Positions 43,636-53,989 of a stretch of 64,000 nucleotides of DNA are shown in pieces. Numbering within the stretch: position 1 is the first letter of the stretch; each line of letters begins with the position of its first letter. The position numbers and the translations under genes are program-made. Below the pieces are notes generated by a model. That model searched no databases, was not told the origin of the DNA, and saw only the letters and a program-made list of their open reading frames with translations. This DNA is from Alphaproteobacteria bacterium (GTDB lineage Bacteria > Pseudomonadota > Alphaproteobacteria > GCA-2731375): positions 9,240 to 73,239 of the forward strand of contig CBDDBZ010000004.1 of NCBI GenBank assembly GCA_965225945.1. The letters are read 5' to 3'.

Positions 43636-46600
43636 ACGCGATCATCGACGCCGCGATCCGCCGTTCGCGGACGGTGTTGAGCGTAATGGCGCTGATCATC
43701 GGCGCCGGCCTGGTCTCCTATCTGACCATCCCCAAGGAGAGCAGCCCCGACATCCCCATCCCCATCCTCTACGTCCTGATGGGCCACGAGGGAATTTCGC
43801 CGGAGGACGCGGAACGCCTCCTCGCCCGACCGATGGAACAGGCGCTCAGGGGGATCGAGGGCGTGCGCGAGATGCGGACCACCGCCTCGGAAGGCCGGGC
43901 CTCGGTGTTGCTGGAGTTCGACGCCGGCTTCGACGCCAATCAGGCGCTGCTCGAGGTCCGCGAGAAGGTCGACGAGACCAAGCCGGAGCTGCCGGAGGAC
44001 AGCGACGAGCCGACCGTGCACGAGGTCAACATCGGCCTCTTCCCGGTGCTGGTGGTGACGCTCGCGGGCGAATTGCCGGAGCGCGCGCTCTTCGCCATCG
44101 CCCGCGACCTGGAGGAGGAGCTGGAAGCGCTTCCCGGAGTGCTGGAGGCCGACATCGCCGGCGACCGGGAGGAGTTGCTGGAGATCGTCATCGATCCGGG
44201 CCGCCTGCAGAGCTACGGCATCTCAGAGATCGAGCTGTTCGAGGCCGTGGCCCGCAACAACCGCCTGGTCGCGGCTGGCGCGCTGGACACCGGCCGGGGC
44301 AACTTCGCGGTCAAGGTGCCGGGCCTGTTCGACGAGGCCTCCGACATCCTCGGCCTGCCGATCCGCGCCAGCGGCGACGGGCTGGTGAGGCTCGAGGACG
44401 TGACCCGGGTGCATCGGACCTTCAAGGACGCCACCGGTCACGCCCGGGTCGACGGCCGGCGCGCGGTAACGATCGAGATCAAGAAGCGGATCGGCGAGAA
44501 CGTCATCGAGACCATCGAGGCCGTCCGCGCCACCGTGGCCGAGGCGGCCAAGAGCTGGCCGGAGGGTGTCGAGGTCGCCTTCATCCAGGACGCCTCCAAG
44601 CAAATCCGCAACATCCTGTTCGACCTTCAGAACAGCGTGCTGATTGCCATTCTGCTGGTGATGATCGTGGTTGTCGCGGCCCTCGGATTCCGCACCGCGA
44701 CCCTGGTCGGCCTGGCCATTCCGACCTCCTTCCTGTTCGGCATGCTGGTGCTGGACGGCTCCGGTCTGACGGTCAACATCGTCGTCCTCTTCGCGATGAT
44801 CCTCGCCGTCGGCATGCTGGTCGACGGCGCCATCGTGGTGACGGAATACGCCGATCGGAAGATGGCCGAGGGTGAGCCGCGCGACCGCGCCTACGCGGCG
44901 GCCGCCAAGCGCATGGCGTGGCCGATCACCGCCTCGACCGCGACCACGTTGGCTGCCTTCATGCCGCTTCTGTTCTGGCCCGACGTGGTGGGCGAGTTCA
45001 TGAAATTTCTGCCGATCACGCTGATCGCCACGCTCGCGGGGTCGCTGGTGACGGCGCTGATCTTCGTGCCGACGCTCGGCGCCAAGATCGGCCGCCCTGG
45101 CACTCTCGATCCCAAGGCGATGCGGGCGCTGGCCCAGGCCGAGACCGGCGACGTGCTGCGCCTGCCCGGTCTCACCGGTGTCTATACGCGGGCCCTCGCC
45201 GTGCTTATCCGCCATCCCTTGAAGATCGTGGTCGTCGCCCTCGCCCTACTGGTCGGCGTTCAGGGCTACTACTGGACCCATGGCAACGGCATCGAGTTCT
45301 TTCCCAGGGTCGAGCCGGAGCAGGCGCTGATCTACGTCCACGCCCGGGGCAACCTCTCCACCGCCGAAAAGGACGCATTGGTCCGCGAGGTGGAGGACCG
45401 AGCGCTTCGATCAGACGGCATCGCCACCGTCTATGCCCGCTCCGGCCAGCGGCTCGAGGGTGACGACGTCGCCGACGACGTGATCGGCATCATCTTCCTC
45501 GAGTTCGCCGACTGGCGGGCGCGCCGCGCCTCGTCCGAGATCCTGCGCGAGATTCGCGCGCGGACCACCGAACTCGCGGGCATCCTGGTGGAGACGCGGG
45601 AGCCGAAGGCGGGCCCACCGACGGGGAAGGACATCCAGATCGAGCTTCGGGCTAGGCAGCCGGAGCGGCTGGCGCCGGTAGTGCGCCGAGTGCGCGCCTT
45701 CATGGAGACCCTGCCCGGCCTGATCGACATCGAGGACAGCCGACCGCTCGAAGGTATCGAATGGGTGATCGAGGTCGATCGCGGTCGCGCCGCCCGCTTC
45801 GGCGTCGACATGGGCATGGTCGGCAACGTCATCAAATTGGTCACCAACGGCATCAAGGTCGGCGACTACCGGCCCGACGACGCCGACGACGAGATCGACA
45901 TCCGAGTCCGCTTCCCATTGGACGAGCGGCACTTCGATCAGATCGATCGCCTGCGCATCGCCACGGACGCGGGACAGGTGCCGATCGGCAACTTCGTCAC
46001 CCGCCGGGCCAAGCGCGCGACAGGAACACTCAGGCGAATCGACGGGCGGCGCGCGATCACGGTCAAGGCCAATGTCGAGGAGGGCATTCTCGCCGACGAC
46101 AAGGTCGAGGAAATTCGCGCCTGGCTCGCCGGCGAAGCGCTCGACCCCGCCGTCGGCATCCGCTTCAAGGGCGCCGAGGACAAGCAGAAGAAGGCACAGG
46201 CATTCTTGATCAAGGCCTTCGCCGTCGCCATCTTCATCATGGCGATCATCCTGGTGACCCAGTTCAACAGCTTCTATCGCGCCTTCCTGATCTTGAGCGC
46301 GGTGATCCTCTCGACCGTGGGCGTCCTGCTCGGCCTGCTGATCACCGGCCAGACCTTCGGCATCGTCATGACCGGCATCGGCATCATTTCGCTCGCCGGC
46401 ATCGTGGTGAACAACAATATCGTCCTGATCGACACCTATGCTCGGCTCAGGGCCGCCGGCATGGAAGCGACGGAGGCGATCCTCAGGACCGGCGCGCAAC
46501 GTCTGCGCCCCGTCGTGCTGACCACGGTCACCACCATCACCGGGCTGCTGCCGATGGTCTTCCAGCTCAACATCGACATTATCGGCCGCGAGGTGAGCCA

Positions 46601-46784
46601 GGGCGCGCCGTCCACGCAATGGTGGGTACAGCTCTCGACCGCGGTGGTTTTCGGTCTCGGCTTCGCGACCTTGTTGACCCTTGTGGTCACGCCCTGTCTG
46701 CTGAGACTGGAGACATGGCGCCCGGCCTTCCGGCACCTTCGGCGCAAGACTGGCGCCCAGGTCGTGCCACAGCCGGCCGAATAG
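43632..46784 (+). CDS. RND efflux permease (AcrB/D/F family)
   Basis: 1050 aa; GMLVDGAIVV.E, GIVVNNNIVLID, RLRPV.LT. Confidence 0.95.
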   Translation: MNAIIDAAIRRSRTVLSVMALIIGAGLVSYLTIPKESSPDIPIPILYVLMGHEGISPEDAERLLARPMEQALRGIEGVREMRTTASEGRASVLLEFDAGFDANQALLEVREKVDETKPELPEDSDEPTVHEVNIGLFPVLVVTLAGELPERALFAIARDLEEELEALPGVLEADIAGDREELLEIVIDPGRLQSYGISEIELFEAVARNNRLVAAGALDTGRGNFAVKVPGLFDEASDILGLPIRASGDGLVRLEDVTRVHRTFKDATGHARVDGRRAVTIEIKKRIGENVIETIEAVRATVAEAAKSWPEGVEVAFIQDASKQIRNILFDLQNSVLIAILLVMIVVVAALGFRTATLVGLAIPTSFLFGMLVLDGSGLTVNIVVLFAMILAVGMLVDGAIVVTEYADRKMAEGEPRDRAYAAAAKRMAWPITASTATTLAAFMPLLFWPDVVGEFMKFLPITLIATLAGSLVTALIFVPTLGAKIGRPGTLDPKAMRALAQAETGDVLRLPGLTGVYTRALAVLIRHPLKIVVVALALLVGVQGYYWTHGNGIEFFPRVEPEQALIYVHARGNLSTAEKDALVREVEDRALRSDGIATVYARSGQRLEGDDVADDVIGIIFLEFADWRARRASSEILREIRARTTELAGILVETREPKAGPPTGKDIQIELRARQPERLAPVVRRVRAFMETLPGLIDIEDSRPLEGIEWVIEVDRGRAARFGVDMGMVGNVIKLVTNGIKVGDYRPDDADDEIDIRVRFPLDERHFDQIDRLRIATDAGQVPIGNFVTRRAKRATGTLRRIDGRRAITVKANVEEGILADDKVEEIRAWLAGEALDPAVGIRFKGAEDKQKKAQAFLIKAFAVAIFIMAIILVTQFNSFYRAFLILSAVILSTVGVLLGLLITGQTFGIVMTGIGIISLAGIVVNNNIVLIDTYARLRAAGMEATEAILRTGAQRLRPVVLTTVTTITGLLPMVFQLNIDIIGREVSQGAPSTQWWVQLSTAVVFGLGFATLLTLVVTPCLLRLETWRPAFRHLRRKTGAQVVPQPAE

Positions 46785-46820
46785 CGCCGGGCCCGTCCGC
46801 GCGGGCACGCCGAACCCGCG

Positions 46821-47606
46821 CTATTCCACCGTCTCCTCGGAGCTAGCCGCTTCCCGCCGGTGCAGGCGGCGCTGATAGTGGAAGCTGTAGGGAATGCTGG
46901 CGAAGTAGACGACACCGACCAGGGTGTAGGCGACCCAAGGGTAGGTCACGGTGACGGCCGCCGTCAGGCAGACGACGACCAGGGTCGGCAAGACATACTC
47001 CCGCCCGATCCTGAGCCGCTTGAAGGAAAAGGTCGGGATCCGGCTGATCATCAGATAGGCGATCAACACCAGCCAAGCGGCCGTCAGGATCGGCTGGCGA
47101 AACACCACGTCGCCGAACAGGAAACTGGCTACCACCGGCATCAGCGCGAAGCCGCCGGCGGCCGGCGCCGCGACGCCGGCGAAGAAATCCTTGCTCCAGT
47201 TCGGCTCCTCCACGTCCGTGTCCAGCGCCGTGTTGAAGCGTGCGAGACGTAGCGCGCAACAGGTGGCGAAGCCGAGCGCGACCACCCAGCCGATGCCCCC
47301 CAGCAGGTGGATAGCCCAGAGATAGACGATGAAGGCCGGCGCCACCCCGAAGGCAATGAAGTCGGCGAGGGAGTCGAGCTCGGCGCCGAATTTGGTGGCA
47401 CCCTTGAGCAAACGGGCCAAGCGGCCGTCGAGACCATCGAGCACGACGGCGGCGACGATCGCCAGCACCGCGGCTTCCCACCGCTCCTGCAGCGCAAAAC
47501 GGATGCCCGTCATCCCGGCCGACAGCGCCAGCACCGTCAGTATGTTCGGCACCAGGCTGTTGAACGGCAGCGGCCGCACGCGCCGTCGCTCGCGCCGTTT
47601 GAGCAT
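46821..47606 (-). CDS. pssA: Phosphatidylserine synthase
   Basis: DGLDGRLAR......FGAELDSLAD; LRLARFN; coupled to psd. Confidence 0.92.
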   Translation of the reverse strand: MLKRRERRRVRPLPFNSLVPNILTVLALSAGMTGIRFALQERWEAAVLAIVAAVVLDGLDGRLARLLKGATKFGAELDSLADFIAFGVAPAFIVYLWAIHLLGGIGWVVALGFATCCALRLARFNTALDTDVEEPNWSKDFFAGVAAPAAGGFALMPVVASFLFGDVVFRQPILTAAWLVLIAYLMISRIPTFSFKRLRIGREYVLPTLVVVCLTAAVTVTYPWVAYTLVGVVYFASIPYSFHYQRRLHRREAASSEETVE

Positions 47607-48298
47607 CAGCCCGCGTCCTCCCGCCGTTCCGCGCGAATGCCACCGGCGACGGCCAGTACGGTTTCCCCCGCGACGGCGCGCTGCCCGACCAGTACCTGCG
47701 GCACCAGGCCGTCGTCGAGATAGACGTCGACCCGGCTGCCGAAGCGGATCAGGCCGAAACGCTCCCCGGCCCTGACCCGCTGACCCTCGTAAAGGTTGCA
47801 CACAATGCGCCGCGCCACCAGTCCCGCGATCTGCACGAAGGCGATGTCGTGGCCACCCTCGATCGTCATCCGGACCGACTGGCGCTCGTTGTCCTCGCTC
47901 GCCTTGTCGAGGGAGGCATTGAAAAAGCGCCCCGGCCTGTAGGAAAGCGCGGTTATCTCGCCGTCGGCCGGAATGCGGTTCACGTGCACGTCGAAGACGT
48001 TCATGAAGACCGCGATCCGGGGCCGGGGATAGTCGCCCAGGCCGAGCTCCGGCGGCGGCGTGGCGGAGACGATGGACTGCACGACGCCGTCTGCGGGACT
48101 GGTGACTAGCCCCTCACGGGCCGGTGTCACGCGGGTGGGATCGCGAAAGAAATATATGCACCAAATGGTGGCGATCACGGCGAGCACGCCGAGCGGCGTC
48201 CAGAGCCAGAGCAGGAAGGCCGCCACCGCCGCAAAGATCGCGACGAAGCGATAGCCCTCGGGATGGATCGGCGCGATCGCCGAGCGGATCGTCTCCAT
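47606..48298 (-). CDS. psd: Phosphatidylserine decarboxylase
   Basis: [30 protein letters not shown] cleavage motif. Confidence 0.95.
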   Translation of the reverse strand: METIRSAIAPIHPEGYRFVAIFAAVAAFLLWLWTPLGVLAVIATIWCIYFFRDPTRVTPAREGLVTSPADGVVQSIVSATPPPELGLGDYPRPRIAVFMNVFDVHVNRIPADGEITALSYRPGRFFNASLDKASEDNERQSVRMTIEGGHDIAFVQIAGLVARRIVCNLYEGQRVRAGERFGLIRFGSRVDVYLDDGLVPQVLVGQRAVAGETVLAVAGGIRAERREDAG

Positions 48299-48428
48299 GG
48301 ATCAAAACCACGTCCCCTGTCGCCGGCGCGCCACCATAGAGCATTGTCCGAGGCGGCTGAACCATCCGCTCCCGGTCACCGAGCCAGGATAGCGCCGCGG
48401 CTGGGCGATCGCGCGTCAGCGGATCACG

Positions 48429-50291
48429 TCAAGCCTCCGCCGTCGCCTCGGCCGGGCGATCGCCGGCGCCCTCGACCAAGCGCTCCCGCTGCTGGCGTGC
48501 CCACATCCGCGCATACACCCCGTCCCGGGCGAGCAACTCGCGATGGGTGCCGCGCTCCGCGATTTCTCCCTCCACCAACACCAGGATCTCGTCCGCGTCG
48601 ATCACGGTCGAGAGCCGGTGCGCGATCACCAGCGTCGTGCGATCGGTCGAGACCGCGTCGAGCGAGCGCTGAATTTCCTTCTCCGTGCGGGTGTCGAGCG
48701 CCGAGGTTGCCTCATCGAAGATCAGAATGCCGGGATCCTTGAGGATAGTACGGGCGATCGCCACCCGCTGCTTCTCGCCACCGGAAAGCTTGAGTCCGCG
48801 CTCGCCGACCTGGCTTGCATAGCCATCCGGCAAGCTGGCGATGAAGTCGTCGATCCGCGCCAGCTCGGCGGCGCGGCGCACTTCCTCCTCGCTCGCGTCC
48901 ATGCGGCCGTAACGAATATTGTAGGCGATGGTTTCGTTGAACAGCACGGTGTCCTGCGGAACGATGCCGATCCGGTCGCGGAGGCTCGCCTGCGTCACCG
49001 CGCGAATGTCCTGGCCGTCGATTCTGATGGCGCCGCTGGCGACGTCGTAGAAACGATAGAGCAGGCGCGAAATCGTCGATTTGCCGGCGCCTGACGGCCC
49101 GACGATGGCGACCGTCCGCCCCGCCGGAACCCGGAACGATACGTCGCGCAGAATTGGGCGAATGCCGTCATAGGAGAAGTCGACCCGCTCGAAGACGATC
49201 TCGCCACCCTTCGCGCGGAGCGGCCGGGCGTCGGGTGCGTCCTCGATTTCCTTCTCGACCTCCAGCAATTGGAACATGTTCTCCATGTCAATTAGCGATT
49301 GCTTGATCTCGCGGTAGACGGTGCCGAGAAAGCCTAGCGGCTGGTAGAGCTGGATCAGGAAGGTGTTCACCAGGACGAAGTCGCCGAGCGTCATCCGCCC
49401 CTCGGCGACGCCGTCCGCCGCCATTGCCATGACCAGCATCAGGCCCACCGCAATAATGCCGCCCTGGCCGACGTTCAGCACCGCGAGGCTGGTCTGGCTC
49501 GCCACCGCCGCGCGCTGATAGCTGGCCAGACTGCCGTCGAAGCGCTCCGCCTCATGACGCTCGTTGCCGAAATACTTGACCGTCTCGAAATTGAGCAGAC
49601 TGTCGATCGCCCGCGTGCTGGCCTCGGCGTCGGAACGGTTCATCTCGCGCCGGAGCTTGATTCGCCACTCCGTGATCATGAAGGTGTAGCCGATGTAGCC
49701 GACCACCGAGACGAAGGTGACCAGCCCGAACCAGACGTCGTAGGCGACGACCAGGATCACGCTGACCATGACGATCTCGAACAGCGTCGGCAGCACGTTG
49801 AACAGGCTGAAGCGGAGCAGGAAGTCGATGCCCTTGGTGCCCCGCTCGATCGCCCGAGACAGCCCGCCGGTCCGCCGCGCCAGATGAAAGCGCAGTGCCA
49901 GCGCATGGAGATGGCGAAAGGTCTGAAGCGCCACCGAGCGCACCGCCTGCTGGCCTACCTTGGCGAAGACCGCATCGCGCACCTCGGCGAAGGCCTGGGA
50001 AAACAACCGCGCCAGGCCATAGGCGATGATTATGGCGATCGGGATCAGGATCGGCGCGCCCGCCGGCACGTCCAGTGCATCGACCGCGCCCTTGTAAAGA
50101 AACGGCACGTAGACGGTGACGACCTTGGCCGCCAACAGGAATATCAGCGCCACCACCACCCGCCACTTGAGGTCGAAGCGGCCCTCCGGCCACAGGTAGC
50201 GCGCGAGCGTCGCCAAGGTCGCGAGCTGCCGTCCGCCGTACTCGCCATCGGGCGGGAGTTGGGCGGGCGGGAGTTGGGTCCGCCGATTCAT
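48429..50291 (-). CDS. atm1: ABCB-family exporter, Atm1-like
   Basis: TM domain plus GPSGAGKST, LSGGEKQR, FDEATSALD; DSLLNFETVKYF. Confidence 0.9.
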   Translation of the reverse strand: MNRRTQLPPAQLPPDGEYGGRQLATLATLARYLWPEGRFDLKWRVVVALIFLLAAKVVTVYVPFLYKGAVDALDVPAGAPILIPIAIIIAYGLARLFSQAFAEVRDAVFAKVGQQAVRSVALQTFRHLHALALRFHLARRTGGLSRAIERGTKGIDFLLRFSLFNVLPTLFEIVMVSVILVVAYDVWFGLVTFVSVVGYIGYTFMITEWRIKLRREMNRSDAEASTRAIDSLLNFETVKYFGNERHEAERFDGSLASYQRAAVASQTSLAVLNVGQGGIIAVGLMLVMAMAADGVAEGRMTLGDFVLVNTFLIQLYQPLGFLGTVYREIKQSLIDMENMFQLLEVEKEIEDAPDARPLRAKGGEIVFERVDFSYDGIRPILRDVSFRVPAGRTVAIVGPSGAGKSTISRLLYRFYDVASGAIRIDGQDIRAVTQASLRDRIGIVPQDTVLFNETIAYNIRYGRMDASEEEVRRAAELARIDDFIASLPDGYASQVGERGLKLSGGEKQRVAIARTILKDPGILIFDEATSALDTRTEKEIQRSLDAVSTDRTTLVIAHRLSTVIDADEILVLVEGEIAERGTHRELLARDGVYARMWARQQRERLVEGAGDRPAEATAEA

Positions 50292-50345
50292 CGCGTGTTC
50301 TCCACTCCGAGACCCCGCGTCGCCGAGCCCGCTCGGCCATCATGC

Positions 50346-50360
50346 TTAACGCATATTTAA
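50346..50360. promoter_or_regulatory. CtrA-binding box
   Basis: TTAA-CGCATAT-TTAA in the divergent intergenic region, plus a TTAAC half-site near 50376. Confidence 0.65.
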
Positions 50361-50408
50361 ACCGGGGCATGGCAATTAACAGGGGTAGCGATTACACGCG
50401 AGGAAGCC

Positions 50409-50858
50409 GTGGCCATTTCGATGCTGCGCGAGCCAGCACCATCCATTGCCGGCGGCAATGGCACCCCAATCGCGCTCGACGCGGCACTGAAGCGTGCCAA
50501 AAGCGTGCTCGAGCACGAGGAATTCGTGCTCCCCGCGCGTTTCGCCTATCGTTGGCGGGGCTTCGACATCGCGGGCGAGGTCGCGCGGCACGGCGACGAC
50601 GTCGTTCTCAGGCAGGCGATCAAGCTCTGCGTGCTGCCCTACAGCGCCGAGGACGCCCACGGTCGCGCCCGGATCGCCGCCTTGCTCCATGTGGCGTCGT
50701 GGCACGAGAGCGGGCGCTTCTCGCTGACCAGCGGACAACACGTCGCCTTCGTCGTCGAGACCCGAGTCGAACAGCCCCTGACCGGCCCGGCTCTGACCGT
50801 CGCCTGCGTCCGGGGCTTGCTCGTGGCGATGCCTTATCTGCGATTGATCCGCCATTGA
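50409..50858 (+). CDS. Hypothetical protein
   Basis: GAGGAA before GTG; fills the gap between atm1 and the LysM gene; LPYSAE motif. Confidence 0.7.
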   Translation: MAISMLREPAPSIAGGNGTPIALDAALKRAKSVLEHEEFVLPARFAYRWRGFDIAGEVARHGDDVVLRQAIKLCVLPYSAEDAHGRARIAALLHVASWHESGRFSLTSGQHVAFVVETRVEQPLTGPALTVACVRGLLVAMPYLRLIRH

Positions 50859-50898
50859 CCGGCCGTCTCCGCTCAGGCTGATTTCGGGCGCGACGCGT

Positions 50899-52044
50899 TC
50901 AGCGCGCGGCCAGGGCCGGCAAGGAGAAGATCTGCCCGGGGTAGATCAGGTCGGGATCGCGGATCTGGCCGGCGTTGGCGTGGTAGATCGTGGTGTAGAG
51001 CATGCCATCGCCGTATGTCCGGCGCGCGATTCGCCAGAGATTGTTGCCGGGCTGCACGACGATTCGCCGGTCCTCGCCGAGCCCCGCGGCCGCCGCCGGC
51101 CCGGCGCGAACGAAAGGGACTTCTATCCGCGCTGCCACGACACCGGCGGAATCGATTTGGTCGACCCGAAGCGAATAGCTCCCTGGCCTCACCGCTCGCT
51201 CGGGCGCCAGCCGCCAGGAGTTGCCCTGTTCGGCACGCGCGACGCCGATCAGCCGGTCGTTCAAATAGGCGCGAACCGCGGTTCCCGAAGGCGCCGAGCC
51301 GGATAGGGTGACGTCCCCCTCCTCTCCATAGTCGACGGCGTCGAGCGAGAGGCCGACACCGCCGCCTTGCCCCGCCTCCGCCCGGGTCAGCACCAGGCTC
51401 GCCTCTCCCGAACGCGCCGCCAGCCGGACCGCGACAGCCGCGCGCGCCTTCGCCCGTACCCGCGCGGCTTCCTCGGCCTTCCGGCTCTCGGGCACGATAA
51501 CCAACAGCGGCGCCGGACCGCGAACGGTGTCGCCGGTCGGCAAGGCCGCCTCCAACGTCAGCTCGTGGACTCCGGGCGCAAGCGGAGCGTCCAGGACCAC
51601 GGCCCATTCGCCGCCGCGCGACGCCACCCGCGCCAGCGGCTCGGCGCCATCGAGCACGGTGATCCGCGCACCCTCCGGCGCCCGCCCGGCGAGCACGGTC
51701 GTTCCTTCCCGCGATACCCGCACGATGTCGAATTTGGGCGGTTCCGGAATGCCGGCACGCGCGTCGCCCGACGATGGCGTCGGCGCACCACCCGCCGCCG
51801 GCGCAATGTCGGCGAGGGCCGCCGCCTCCGCGTCGTCGCTCGTGGTCCCCCAATTCCCGCCGGAGCGTTCCAAGCCGCTCGCGGGCGCATTGGTCGCGGC
51901 TTCGGGCGTCAGTGTCGGCAGCCGATAATTCGGCTCGCCGCTCCAGCCGAAATGAATGCCGACCGCGCCGGCACCCGCCAGAAGCACGACGTATCCCGCC
52001 CAGGCGAGACGTCGCTTCGTCGTCGTTCCAGCTTCCCTCACCAT
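50899..52044 (-). CDS. LysM peptidoglycan-binding protein with Ig-like domains
   Basis: N-terminal TM, FDIVRV...G..VLAGRA, VQPGNNLWRIA...YG...DPDLIYPGQ. Confidence 0.93.
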   Translation of the reverse strand: MVREAGTTTKRRLAWAGYVVLLAGAGAVGIHFGWSGEPNYRLPTLTPEAATNAPASGLERSGGNWGTTSDDAEAAALADIAPAAGGAPTPSSGDARAGIPEPPKFDIVRVSREGTTVLAGRAPEGARITVLDGAEPLARVASRGGEWAVVLDAPLAPGVHELTLEAALPTGDTVRGPAPLLVIVPESRKAEEAARVRAKARAAVAVRLAARSGEASLVLTRAEAGQGGGVGLSLDAVDYGEEGDVTLSGSAPSGTAVRAYLNDRLIGVARAEQGNSWRLAPERAVRPGSYSLRVDQIDSAGVVAARIEVPFVRAGPAAAAGLGEDRRIVVQPGNNLWRIARRTYGDGMLYTTIYHANAGQIRDPDLIYPGQIFSLPALAAR

Positions 52045-52151
52045 ACCCTCTCGCTATATCAGTGGCTTCGGCGCATCGGATGCCCAAACTTTATCCCATG
52101 TCCTCGAGCCGAGGCGAATCGGAAACCTTCGCCGTGCCGGGGAGTGGGGCG

Positions 52152-53069
52152 TCATGGGCGCGATTCGACCTTGTTGTGCACGGGCTTCAGCGATTTTACA
52201 TAAGCCGCGATCGCCTTCCGGTCCGGCTCGGTCAGATGGCCGAACCCGTCCTCGATCGCCTCCTCCATCAGGCCCTGCACGATGTCGAAGTCGGGCTTGA
52301 CGGCGTCCTTCAGCAGCGAGGCGATCTCGTCGGCCGTCCAGTCGGCGATGCCGGTCTCGGAATCCGGCGTGATGTTGGCCACGATCTCGCCCTCCGGCCC
52401 GTCCTCGGTGCCGGCCATCCACATCTCGCGCTTCAGCGCGCCAGCGAAATTGCGCGGCGTATGGCATTCGCCGCAATGCGCCAGCGCCTCCACCAGATAG
52501 GCACCGCGGGCAACCGCCGCGTCGGTCCCCTCGGCCGTCGGCCATCGGCCTTCCTCGAAATACATCAGCTTCCAGAAATACATCGGCCAGCGCCAGCCGA
52601 AGGGCGCCGAAACGGCGTGCGGCTTGTTCCCTCGCGCGACCGGTCTCAGGGAAAAGAGATAGGCCTTGATGGCGAGCGCGTCGGCTCGGCGCATCCGGGT
52701 GTAGGTGGTGTAGGGAAAGACCGGAAAATAGTGCTGCCCGTCCGGGGCGATGCCACGCTGGAGCGCGTTCAGGAAATCTTCGTCACTCCAGCGGCCGATC
52801 CCGGTCTCGGGGTCGGGGGTGATGTTGGGGCTGTAGTAAGTACCAAAGGGCGTGGCGAGCCCGCGCCCACCGGCCAGCGGGGGGCCCTTCCCCTTCTTGT
52901 CGGTATGGCAACTGATGCAGCCGGCGGCCCGCACCAGATAGGCGCCGCGCTCGACCTCGGTTTTCTCGGCCGCGCGCGGCGACGGCACGGCGAAAACCCA
53001 TGTGCCTAGGACGACGAGCGCGCCGGCGAGGCTCCACCGGTGCGCCGTCGTCTCCAAGCCACGCCTCAT
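52152..53069 (-). CDS. Diheme cytochrome c
   Basis: CISCH and CGECH; two RGAYLV and NITPD.ETGI repeats. Confidence 0.92.
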   Translation of the reverse strand: MRRGLETTAHRWSLAGALVVLGTWVFAVPSPRAAEKTEVERGAYLVRAAGCISCHTDKKGKGPPLAGGRGLATPFGTYYSPNITPDPETGIGRWSDEDFLNALQRGIAPDGQHYFPVFPYTTYTRMRRADALAIKAYLFSLRPVARGNKPHAVSAPFGWRWPMYFWKLMYFEEGRWPTAEGTDAAVARGAYLVEALAHCGECHTPRNFAGALKREMWMAGTEDGPEGEIVANITPDSETGIADWTADEIASLLKDAVKPDFDIVQGLMEEAIEDGFGHLTEPDRKAIAAYVKSLKPVHNKVESRP

Positions 53070-53096
53070 CGCGAGGCGAGTGGCCGCGCACTCCCG

Positions 53097-53543
53097 CTAT
53101 TTCTTCTTGGGCGCGCGAAACGGCTTGTGGCAGCCGCCGCAGGCCTTGCCGACCATTTTGACCGCGGCGCCGATCTTCTCTTTGTCGCCGGTCTTCACGG
53201 CGACCAGCAGGCCCGGCGTCGCCTTCTCCAGCGCGTCCGCCCCCTTCACGAAGGCGGCCCAATCGCTCCAGATCTCGGGCTTCGTGCGTTTGCCCTTGGA
53301 ACCCGGCGGAAACAGGATTTCGATGTTTTTGGTGAGTTGCACCAGCGCCTCGGCATTGCCGACCAGGGCCATCGAATAGTCGGCCTTGCCCTTGGCCACC
53401 GCGACGATGGGCTTAAAATTGGCCCATTGCGCCTTCATCGTCGCCACCCGGTTCTCGACGACGGTACCGGCCGAGACCGTGACGGCGAAGGTGCCGGCCG
53501 CCAGCGCGGCGATCGCCAGAGTACGTACGAACTTGTCAATCAT
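53097..53543 (-). CDS. Class II cytochrome c (c'/c556)
   Basis: Signal peptide, R...MK, PEIW.D...F, C-terminal CGGCH. Confidence 0.92.
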   Translation of the reverse strand: MIDKFVRTLAIAALAAGTFAVTVSAGTVVENRVATMKAQWANFKPIVAVAKGKADYSMALVGNAEALVQLTKNIEILFPPGSKGKRTKPEIWSDWAAFVKGADALEKATPGLLVAVKTGDKEKIGAAVKMVGKACGGCHKPFRAPKKK

Positions 53544-53611
53544 CAGGAAGCCTCCCCTATCGGACATGTACATTAGGCGCCGGACCGACAGCCAACCATT
53601 CGAAGGCCGAT

Positions 53612-53989
53612 CTAGCGCGGCAACTGTAGCACCATTTCGGCGCCACCATAGCCATCCACGAAATCGTGAGCAAGCAACGTCACTTTCGAAATCTCGGCCG
53701 GCACGCGAACGCCCGAGAGCGAACGGGTGAACGGCTGCTCCCGGACGTGGGGATGCAACAATTCGCGGGTCCCGAGCACCGTGCCGTCCGGTGCCAGCAC
53801 GTCCCATTTGTTCGCATAATACTCCCAGCCCGTGTCCGCATGGCTCACGGTCACGTCGAAACGATAGACGCCGGGCGCCGCTTCCTTCACCTTCACGTCG
53901 ACCACGTCCGCCTCGCCGGCGATGGCGATCGCGGTCGGCGCCAGCGCGAAGACCAGCGCCGCGAAGAGAAGTCGGGAAACCAGCGCCAT
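53612..53989 (-). CDS. Conserved secreted protein
   Basis: Signal peptide; FDVTV.H.DTGWE.YAN.W, R.L.HPHV.EQPFTRS; GGAGGTGA upstream. Confidence 0.85.
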   Translation of the reverse strand: MALVSRLLFAALVFALAPTAIAIAGEADVVDVKVKEAAPGVYRFDVTVSHADTGWEYYANKWDVLAPDGTVLGTRELLHPHVREQPFTRSLSGVRVPAEISKVTLLAHDFVDGYGGAEMVLQLPR

